From positions 1 to 32,000 of the forward strand of contig NZ_FNLK01000014.1 of assembly GCF_900105015.1 (NCBI RefSeq): 32,000 bases of DNA, read 5' to 3'. The DNA is from Schaalia meyeri (lineage in GTDB: Bacteria > Actinomycetota > Actinomycetes > Actinomycetales > Actinomycetaceae). Every line of letters starts with the position of its first letter. The first letter of the stretch is position 1. Below the pieces are notes generated by a model, which saw only the letters and a list, made by a program, of their open reading frames with translations, was not told the origin of the DNA and did not search any database. The translations under genes and the position numbers were made by a program. This document shows positions 20,895-28,045 of this stretch, piece by piece.

Positions 20895-20918
20895 GTCGAA
20901 TTCAGGTTCAACGTCTGA
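20895..20918 (+). pseudogene. ychF: Displaced relic of the native ychF 3' end (codons VEFRFNV-stop)
   Basis: gtc gaa ttc agg ttc aac gtc tga translates to V E F R F N V stop, the conserved YchF C-terminus. Its first 12 nt match ychF 17771-17782 (gtggagttccgg) at 9 of 12 positions. Confidence 0.7.
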
Positions 20919-21062
20919 TCGTTCTTGAACGCGGCGGCGGCCGGGTCGCGCGAGGGCGTGGCCCGGCTTTCCTGTTGGGAGTGTAGCTCGCGAAGCGGAG
21001 TCGCATCACAATGCGAATCAAATGATGGTGCTGGTGATGTTATGCTGGTGGTGGAGGTAAAC

Positions 21063-21257
21063 ATGAGAACGACTGTGACACTCGATGATGACCTGCTCGC
21101 CCGCGCTGAGGAGCTCACTGGGATCAGAGAGCGCTCCGTTTTGATCAGAGACGCGGTTGAGCTCCTCGTCCGTATCGAGAGCGGCCGTCAGTTAGCTGCG
21201 CTCGGCGGTAGTGATCCAGGAGCGGAGGCTGCGCCGCGGAGCCGGGCGCGCGCATGA
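21063..21257 (+). CDS. vapB: Type II antitoxin, VapB family
   Basis: GGAGGT RBS precedes ATG 21063. The 64-aa product begins MRTTVTLDDDLLARAEELTG...RSVLIRDAVELLV. Its stop overlaps the vapC start as ATGA. Confidence 0.8.
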   Translation: MRTTVTLDDDLLARAEELTGIRERSVLIRDAVELLVRIESGRQLAALGGSDPGAEAAPRSRARA

Positions 21258-21625
21258 GAATCCTCGTTGACACGAACGTGTGGATCGACCACCTGCGCAC
21301 AACCGAGCCAGTCCTGGTCGATCTGCTCGAACGTGATCAGGTGTGCGTGCACCAGAGCGTCATCACTGAGCTGGCATTGGGCAACCTGAAAGACCGGTCG
21401 ATCTTCCTGAAGGCGTTAGAACGCTTGATGATAGTGCGTAACGTGGATGATCAGGGGGTGCGCTATTTTATCCAGGAGCGGCGGCTGTGGGGTAGGGGGC
21501 TGAGTGCTGTCGATGCGGCAATTCTGGCGAGCGTTGTTGTAACCCCTGGCATGTCACTGTGGACACGCGACAAGCGCCTGCGTCAGGCCGCGCGCGACGC
21601 GGGTGTGCTCGCGGACCTCGACTAA
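21254..21625 (+). CDS. vapC: PIN-domain ribonuclease toxin VapC
   Basis: The product begins MRILVDTNVWIDHL (first acidic residue) and contains ITELALG, SAVDAAILAS and LWTRDKRL, which supply the PIN acidic quartet. Confidence 0.85.
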   Translation: MRILVDTNVWIDHLRTTEPVLVDLLERDQVCVHQSVITELALGNLKDRSIFLKALERLMIVRNVDDQGVRYFIQERRLWGRGLSAVDAAILASVVVTPGMSLWTRDKRLRQAARDAGVLADLD

Positions 21626-21748
21626 GGGGCGTGGAGGCCGGGTCGTGAGAAGTCGCGCCCCCTCCTTGCCGCTGGTGTTGGGATGGTGGAAGCTTCGAGC
21701 AAGTGCACCCTGGGTGTGTGACTGGTCGCCCGGGTGTAGGGTGTGGCC

Positions 21749-23917
21749 ATGACGACGGATAGCCAGTACTCATGGACCAGCTTTTACATGGAGTTCGCCG
21801 ACAAACTGCTCGCCTTCAAGGACGACAGGCAGGCGTTGATCGCGGCGCTGCAGAAGGTGTACGAGGACATCGGTATGACGCTGCCGACGCTCGATGCCTC
21901 CGGCACGCCGACGGACATCGACCCCTTCACCGTCTTCGGCCTCTTCAACCGAGGCCTCGCCGAGCGCAAACGCCGAGCAATCGCAACGGGCATCGGCACC
22001 GCCCTCGGCGTCAACTCGCCCCTGACGGATGACTTCGCCGGCGTCCCGGTTCTCCTCAACATCAACGCGACCTTCTACGACCAGGCCAGCCGCGACGAAG
22101 CAGACATAGAGCGACTGTGGAACGTCTTCAGTGCCGCGCTGGCATACGCGGACCAGCCGACCGCCCCCGCCCGCGCGGCCTTCGCATCCGCCTACGACAC
22201 GGTCCTGCGCCAGCGCCGCGTCGGTTGGAACATCACGATGGGCCTCTTCTGGATCCGCCCCCTCACCTACCTCAACCTGTGCTCGCGCGACCGCTGGTGC
22301 CTCGCCCTACCCAACACGATGCCCAGCGACATTCGGGCCACCGTCGAATCCCTCCGAGACGCCCCGCCGGCCGCCGATTACCTGCAGCTGCGCGACCGCG
22401 TCCGCTCAGCCATGGACAGCGGCGACTACGAATACAAGACCTTCGCGGACCTTTCCGCGTACGCGTGGCGGGTCTCCGAAGAGGTCAACCAACGGAACAA
22501 ACGGACAGACAAAGAGAAAGAGACAGCAGTGCAGTCCGCCGCCCTCGGTGACGCGGACGTCCAGACCACGCGCTACTGGCTCTACGCGCCCGGCGAGGGC
22601 GCGCGCATGTGGGAGGATTTCTACGAGCGCGGCGTCATGGGCCTGGGCTGGGCCGAGCTGGGCGACTTGAGCGCCTACGCCTCCAAGGAGGACATGCGCC
22701 AGCGCCTGCTCGAGATCCGCACCGACAACACGTCCCAGACCAACTCGGCCCGCGCCGTCTGGCAGTTCGCCAACGAGATTAAACCCGGCGACGTTATCTT
22801 CGTGAAGAAGGGACGCTCCGAGATCCTCGGGCGCGGCGTCGTCACGGGCGACTACGTTTACGACCCGAACGGCGGGCACTACCCGCACATCCGCGAGGTT
22901 CGCTGGACCCACGCGGGACACTGGAGCCTCGACAAGCCCCTCGCCATGAAGACGCTCACCGAGGTCACCGACTACCCGGAGTTCGTGGCCACAGTCGAGG
23001 CATTCTTCGAGGACGCCGAGGAGGAGGCCTCAGGCACCGAGGAACCCGCAGTTTCCTACCCCGAGTACACGAAGGAGGACTTCCTCGACGAGGTCTACAT
23101 GGACGAAGCGCAATACGACGCCCTCGTGGGAGTGCTGCGCGCCAAGAAGAACATTATCTTGCAGGGCGCGCCCGGCGTGGGCAAGACCTACGCCGCCAAG
23201 CGCCTCGCCTACTCGATGATGGGCGTCAAGGATGCCTCGCGCGTCATGATGGTCCAGTTCCACCAGAGCTACTCCTATGAGGACTTCATCGAGGGCTACC
23301 GGCCCTGCACCACAGGCTTCGAGCTGGTCAGGGGCGCCTTCTACTCGTTTTGCAAGAAGGCGTCCGAGGACGAGGATAACGACTATTTCTTCATCATCGA
23401 CGAGATCAACCGCGGCAACCTTTCCACGATCTTCGGTGAGCTCTTCATGCTCATCGAAAGCGATAAGCGGGGGAGCAAGCTGCAGCTCCTCTACTCCCGC
23501 GAGCTGTTCCACGTGCCCTCCAACGTCTTTCTCGTCGGCATGATGAACACCGCCGACCGGAGCCTCGCGATGCTCGACTACGCGCTGCGGCGCCGCTTCG
23601 CCTTCGTTGAGTTGCGCCCGGCCTTCGACTCGGAGAGATTTGCCGAGTACCGCGCCTCGCTGGAGGACCCGCGCTTCGACGTGCTGGTGCGCGCGGTCGC
23701 GCGCCTCAACGAGGCCATCGCCGCCGACGATTCCCTCGGCGAGGGCTTTCGCATCGGTCACAGCTACTTCTGCAACATGGACGCCGACGAGTGCGACCAC
23801 GCGGCGCTCTCCTCGATCGTGGAGTACGAGCTGGTCCCGATGCTCAGGGAATACTGGTTCGACGAGCCCGCCAAGGTCGAGGAGTGGGCGCGGAAGTTGC
23901 GCGGGGCGCTGCGGTGA
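21749..23917 (+). CDS. mcrB: McrB-family AAA+ GTPase with a ~450-aa N-terminal extension (helical domain plus PUA/EVE-like candidate reader domain)
   Basis: Walker A GAPGVGKT is at 23165-23188 and Walker B FFIIDEINR at 23387-23413. The McrB signature MNTADRS has NTAD at 23546-23557, followed by ALRRRF. The start is ATG 21749 or GTG 21743. Confidence 0.85.
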   Translation: MTTDSQYSWTSFYMEFADKLLAFKDDRQALIAALQKVYEDIGMTLPTLDASGTPTDIDPFTVFGLFNRGLAERKRRAIATGIGTALGVNSPLTDDFAGVPVLLNINATFYDQASRDEADIERLWNVFSAALAYADQPTAPARAAFASAYDTVLRQRRVGWNITMGLFWIRPLTYLNLCSRDRWCLALPNTMPSDIRATVESLRDAPPAADYLQLRDRVRSAMDSGDYEYKTFADLSAYAWRVSEEVNQRNKRTDKEKETAVQSAALGDADVQTTRYWLYAPGEGARMWEDFYERGVMGLGWAELGDLSAYASKEDMRQRLLEIRTDNTSQTNSARAVWQFANEIKPGDVIFVKKGRSEILGRGVVTGDYVYDPNGGHYPHIREVRWTHAGHWSLDKPLAMKTLTEVTDYPEFVATVEAFFEDAEEEASGTEEPAVSYPEYTKEDFLDEVYMDEAQYDALVGVLRAKKNIILQGAPGVGKTYAAKRLAYSMMGVKDASRVMMVQFHQSYSYEDFIEGYRPCTTGFELVRGAFYSFCKKASEDEDNDYFFIIDEINRGNLSTIFGELFMLIESDKRGSKLQLLYSRELFHVPSNVFLVGMMNTADRSLAMLDYALRRRFAFVELRPAFDSERFAEYRASLEDPRFDVLVRAVARLNEAIAADDSLGEGFRIGHSYFCNMDADECDHAALSSIVEYELVPMLREYWFDEPAKVEEWARKLRGALR

Positions 23918-24954
23918 TCCGCGTCCGAAACCTCTACCACATGCTCGCCTACGCCTTCTCGGTGCTGACCGAGCAGGGCTACCGCGCCGTGGCCACCGAA
24001 GACTTCGACAACGCCGCAGAGCTGTGCGCCGCCATCCTTGAGCGGGGCGTCTCGCTCCAGCTCAAACGAGGCCTCGGGCAAGAGTACGTGGGCCGCACCG
24101 AGGCCCGATCCTCCCTGCGCGGGAAAGTAGAGGTCACCGAGTCCGTGAAGTCCCAGGCTCTCTTGCGTCGCCAGATGGTGTGTTCCTACGACGAGTTCTC
24201 GGCAGACACGACAATGAACCGCATCATCAAAGCGACGGTCGCCCTGCTCGTGCGCGCGGACATCTCCACGGCCCGCAAGAAGAGCCTGAAGAAGCTGATG
24301 ATCTTCTTCGCCAACGTGGGTGAGATCGACCTGCACACGGTCGACTGGAACATGCGCTTCGACCGCAACAACCGCACGTACCGCATGCTCATGGCGGTAT
24401 GCTGGCTCGTCGTCAAGGGACTGCTGCAAACCCAGAGTGATGGACGCGTACGTATGATGGACTTCTTCGACGAGCAGCGCATGTGCCGCTTGTACGAGAA
24501 GTTCATTCTCGAATACTACCGCAAGGAACACCCTCGCCTCCGCGCCAGCGCATCCTTCATCGACTGGGCGCTGGACGATGGGGCCTCGGACGGCCTGCCC
24601 GCCATGCGCAGCGACGTGACGCTCACGCGGGGCGGCCGGGTGCTGATCATCGATGCAAAGTACTACGAGCGTGCGATGCAACAGAACTTCGACAAGAGGA
24701 CCGTGCATTCGGGGAACCTGTACCAGATCTTCGCCTACGTGAAGAACAAACAAGCCGAGCTGGAGCGCGCGGGGGAGAGCGCCGAGGTCTCGGGCGTGCT
24801 CCTCTACGCCGCCACCGACCAGGAGATTCAACCCGACTTCGCCTACCGCATGAGCGGCAACCGCGTCAGTGCGATGACCCTCGACCTGGACCAGCCCTTC
24901 GCGGCGATCCGCGCCCGGCTCGACGCGATTGTCGAGGAGTATCTTCCGGCATGA
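23914..24954 (+). CDS. mcrC: McrC-family PD-(D/E)xK nuclease subunit
   Basis: GTG 23914 overlaps the mcrB stop as GTGA. The product begins VIRVRNLYHMLAYAF. The nuclease motif comprises D (24613-24615, MRSDVTL) and IIDAKYY, with D-A-K at 24652-24660. Confidence 0.8.
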   Translation: MIRVRNLYHMLAYAFSVLTEQGYRAVATEDFDNAAELCAAILERGVSLQLKRGLGQEYVGRTEARSSLRGKVEVTESVKSQALLRRQMVCSYDEFSADTTMNRIIKATVALLVRADISTARKKSLKKLMIFFANVGEIDLHTVDWNMRFDRNNRTYRMLMAVCWLVVKGLLQTQSDGRVRMMDFFDEQRMCRLYEKFILEYYRKEHPRLRASASFIDWALDDGASDGLPAMRSDVTLTRGGRVLIIDAKYYERAMQQNFDKRTVHSGNLYQIFAYVKNKQAELERAGESAEVSGVLLYAATDQEIQPDFAYRMSGNRVSAMTLDLDQPFAAIRARLDAIVEEYLPA

Positions 24955-25072
24955 GGCCGCCGCTCGGCCGGAGGGGCCTTCTACCGCTGATACCGCTGAG
25001 AAGAGGCGGGGGAGGCGTGCGCAACTTCTGTCGTGTTAACGCCTGGCGTCAATAACGCGCCTCGTCATATCA

Positions 25073-25200
25073 CGTGGGTACGATTCAATCGTTTGGTGAT
25101 CGTCAGACTGAGCGGTTGTTTGCAAGGGAGGCCGCGGCCTCCCTTCGACCCGCGCATCGCGCGCGTTGCACTGCGCGCTGTTCACCGTGCGAGTGAGTGA
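25073..25200 (+). pseudogene. higB: HigB-like (RelE/ParE superfamily, killer-protein type) toxin gene relic, frameshifted and truncated
   Basis: One frame gives VGTIQSFGDRQTERLFARE. The +1 frame continues GRPRPPFDPRIARVALRAVHRASE-stop. Together these resemble the HigB N-terminus (I.SF...TE.LF.G.....F..I.RVALRKL..L). There is no antitoxin gene and no C-terminal half. Confidence 0.45.
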
Positions 25201-25262
25201 GTTTGCGGGGGCTTGGGCGTCGTACGGCGCGAGCCAGCGAATCTGAACGTCGGATGCCGCCT

Positions 25263-26135
25263 CTACGCCACCACCATCGCCACAGTGCCTGCGCATATGA
25301 CGGCCAGGCCGACCAGGTAGCGCCGCGTGAAACGCTCGTGAAACGCCAGCGCCGAAAAACCGACGGTCACCAGGATCGATAGCTTGTCGATGGGAACGAC
25401 GATGGACGCGGGCCCACCCTTCAGCGCGTGATAGTACACCAGCCACGACGCGCAGGTCGCCGCGCCCGACGCGATGATGAAAGCCAGCTCCCGTGTTGGA
25501 ATCAATCGCACCTCGGACGTGCGTCCCTGGGCGGCCACGATGCCCCACGCCATCGCCAGCACCACGAGCGTCCGCACGGCCGTCCCCAATGTCGGATCCA
25601 CTCCGGAAACGCCGACCTTCCCCAGGATGGATGTCAGCGCCGCAAAGAATGCCGAGGCGAGGGCATAGATCAGCCAGCTCCCGCCCTGACGCAGCGCGCG
25701 CGGTAGCCCAGACAGGTCGGTCGGCTCGACCATCAGGAGAGTTCCTGCCGTGATTGCGATGATCCCGAGCATGCCCCACGCGCTCACCGCTTCACCCAAG
25801 AGGACCAGGGCCAGGAGGATAGTCAGGACCGTCGAGAGCTTGTCGATGGGTGCCACCCGGGAAACGTCGCCCCGGGACAGTGCCGCGAAGTAACACAGCC
25901 ACGACGCCCCTGTCGCCAGCCCAGACAGGAGGAGGAAGAGCAGCGAGCGCGCGTCGATAGCGAAAACGTCGGTCGCCGAACCGGCCAGAGCAGCCATGCC
26001 CCACGCCCCTGCGGCCACGACGACCGTGCGCAGGGCCGTCGCCACTGACGAGGCCGTGGTCGCGACCCCGGCCTTTGCCAGGACGGACGTTACCCCCGCG
26101 AAAAGAGCTGATAGACAGGCGAAGAGGATCCACAT
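25263..26135 (-). CDS. EamA/DMT-superfamily transporter
   Basis: The 290-aa product has about ten TM helices in two internally similar halves (e.g. ...RVAPIDKLSTVLTILLALVLLGE... and ...IVVPIDKLSILVTVGFSALAFHE...). Confidence 0.85.
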   Translation of the reverse strand: MWILFACLSALFAGVTSVLAKAGVATTASSVATALRTVVVAAGAWGMAALAGSATDVFAIDARSLLFLLLSGLATGASWLCYFAALSRGDVSRVAPIDKLSTVLTILLALVLLGEAVSAWGMLGIIAITAGTLLMVEPTDLSGLPRALRQGGSWLIYALASAFFAALTSILGKVGVSGVDPTLGTAVRTLVVLAMAWGIVAAQGRTSEVRLIPTRELAFIIASGAATCASWLVYYHALKGGPASIVVPIDKLSILVTVGFSALAFHERFTRRYLVGLAVICAGTVAMVVA

Positions 26136-26284
26136 CCTTCCAGGCTAGATGGGTATCTGGTCCAGGTACATTGCAGTGAGATGAATGTGGGTCACATGCG
26201 GCACCGAACGCCAGCGGATGGACGATAGTTATCGCGTATTTGATGTGAGTCGTCCGCTGACGTTGCGGAATGAAGAGAGACGCG

Positions 26285-26660
26285 ATGACAGACAATGCCG
26301 AAAGCCCCGACGCTGGGGAAGAGCTGGTTGACGACAGCCGAGATATCGCGCTCGATACGAGCGACGAAACGGAACTGACGGAAACTCCCTCGCAGGGAGT
26401 TTCAGAACTCCGCGAGACGATGGCTCAGCAGGACTCTGAGGCTGAAAAGTATGCGATCGAATTCCTCAAGAAAGTTATTCGCATCCGAGGTGTGGAAGCA
26501 ATCGGTCAGCGGGGCGACCCCAGAAGAAACAGACCCGGGGATCCTTCAGGGGGCTCAACAGGCTATCAAGGGGACGACCAAGGTTGTCTCCGATAGCGCG
26601 ATGAGCGCTGCCTCTGGGGCCGCGGACAGTATCAAGGGATTCTTCGGCCGCGGCAAATAG
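26285..26660 (+). pseudogene. Small acidic hypothetical protein, apparently split over two frames
   Basis: Frame 1 (26285-26596) starts MTDNAESPDAGEELVDD...AEKYAIEFLKK and then turns into an R/P/G-rich off-frame-looking tail. Frame 2 is open from 26379 and ends ...GILQGAQQAIKGTTKVVSDSAMSAASGAADSIKGFFGRGK at 26660. Confidence 0.3.
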
Positions 26661-26743
26661 CCGCTCGATGGACGATGCCCGCCGATGGACGAGGCGCGGG
26701 CCGGGGCGGCACACTGTCGGCGGCGGGCTCGGCCCCAGCCTCG

Positions 26744-27985
26744 TCACGTGCGGAGGCGGCAAGCGATACCCAGGCCGCGCAGGTAATCCGTTTCCGAGTC
26801 TATGAGTGTGGAGAGCTCGCTCCACGGGAGCGCATCGCCTCCGTGCCATGCGATCTCGGCGACCACGAGTAGGCGTGGGAGGAGATGGTAGAACAGGGCG
26901 TCTGGCGTGGTGAGGAATTCGCTCCACGCCGCGGCTTGGACGCCGACGAGCCCGCTGCCGGTGAGGGCGCCGGGCAGCTCCTCGAAGATACGCTGCGGGG
27001 TGATGATGCCGTCCATCCCCGTGGGTTCGCTCGAGACCGGACCGGATAATCGGTTGAGGTAGAGGAGGTCCGCGTCGCACTGGACCCAGTGCCGTCCGCT
27101 CGCGCGCGCCTGTCGCGTTCCGACACCTGCTTCGCGCCACGCCATAATGAGGGCATCTGCGGGCAGGTCCGCGCCCTCAATGTCGACGATCTCGTCCCAC
27201 CCGCCGACGGTGCGCCCCCGCTCGGCCAAGACGGAGGTGCAGTGGGAGAGGAAGAGTCGCTGAATGTCTGCGCCGCTGGCCACCCCTTGCGGACGCAGTC
27301 GCTCGATCAGGGAGGGATCGGCCTCCCACTCGTCCCACCGACACTCGTCTCCGCCCACGTGAATCACGGGCGAATCGAAGAGTTCGCACACGCGCGTTAA
27401 GGCCGCCTCTACGAAACGGAAGCTCGACTCTGACGGCCACAGCATGTCGTTGCGCCACTGTCGCGTGCGCGGCAGCTGCCCCGCGAGGCGAGGATTGCCC
27501 AACTGGGGGTACGCGTAGATCGCGGCCCCCATGTGCCCGGGGATATCGACCTCGGGGACGATGCGCACGCCACGCTCGCGCGCGTAGGAGGCGAGGCTCC
27601 GTATCTCCTGATCGCTGTAGAAACCGTGCGTGGAGGATGGTGGCGCGTCGCGCCACGTGGCGCGCCTGCGGGTGGCATCGACGTTGTCGTACCAGTCGTA
27701 GGGCTCGCGCTCGATGGACGCGCCGACCGTGGTGAGCGCAGGATAGCCGGGCACGGGGAAACGCCACCCCGCGTCGTCGGTCAGGTGCCAGTGCAGGGTA
27801 TTGAGACCGTAGCGCGACATGAGCGTGATGATCGTGCGCATGGTGTCGACGCTCCAGAAGGTGCGCGCGGAGTCGATGAGCAGCCCGCGCCACGCGTGTG
27901 CGGGCGCTGCGCTTCGGTCGTGCGGTATGGGCGCCCCGTGCGAAGAAAGGGCTTCGGGATGGGAAGATGAACTGATGATGGCCAC
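26744..27985 (-). CDS. GH20 beta-N-acetylhexosaminidase (catalytic domain only, no signal peptide)
   Basis: GGAGG RBS precedes GTG 27985. The product contains WRGLLIDSARTF, LNTLHWHLTDDAGWR and the catalytic D-E pair in HVGGDEC. Confidence 0.9.
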   Translation of the reverse strand: MAIISSSSHPEALSSHGAPIPHDRSAAPAHAWRGLLIDSARTFWSVDTMRTIITLMSRYGLNTLHWHLTDDAGWRFPVPGYPALTTVGASIEREPYDWYDNVDATRRRATWRDAPPSSTHGFYSDQEIRSLASYARERGVRIVPEVDIPGHMGAAIYAYPQLGNPRLAGQLPRTRQWRNDMLWPSESSFRFVEAALTRVCELFDSPVIHVGGDECRWDEWEADPSLIERLRPQGVASGADIQRLFLSHCTSVLAERGRTVGGWDEIVDIEGADLPADALIMAWREAGVGTRQARASGRHWVQCDADLLYLNRLSGPVSSEPTGMDGIITPQRIFEELPGALTGSGLVGVQAAAWSEFLTTPDALFYHLLPRLLVVAEIAWHGGDALPWSELSTLIDSETDYLRGLGIACRLRT

Positions 27986-28007
27986 GTTGCCTCCGATTCA
28001 GCATAGT

Positions 28008-28032
28008 ATTCTGTTACGTAGAGTAACAGAAT
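28008..28032. promoter_or_regulatory. Candidate operator: perfect 10-bp inverted repeat in the 60-bp divergent intergenic region
   Basis: ATTCTGTTAC-gtaga-GTAACAGAAT lies in the most AT-rich stretch of the locus, between the GH20 gene and the ROK regulator gene. Confidence 0.5.
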
Positions 28033-28045
28033 TTTGTGAGAGGTT

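Noticed and set aside
21021-21058. TGCTGGTG direct repeat (21029-21036 and 21043-21050) and TGGTG reiterations just upstream of vapB as a VapB operator.
   Set aside because: This is very short, low-complexity G/T sequence overlapping the RBS. It cannot be told from chance without binding data.
24951-25055. A 34-codon ORF (MRPPLGRRGLLPLIPLRRGGGG...) overlapping the mcrC stop.
   Set aside because: It is Arg/Gly/Pro-rich, has no RBS, and is the tail of an off-frame shadow ORF.
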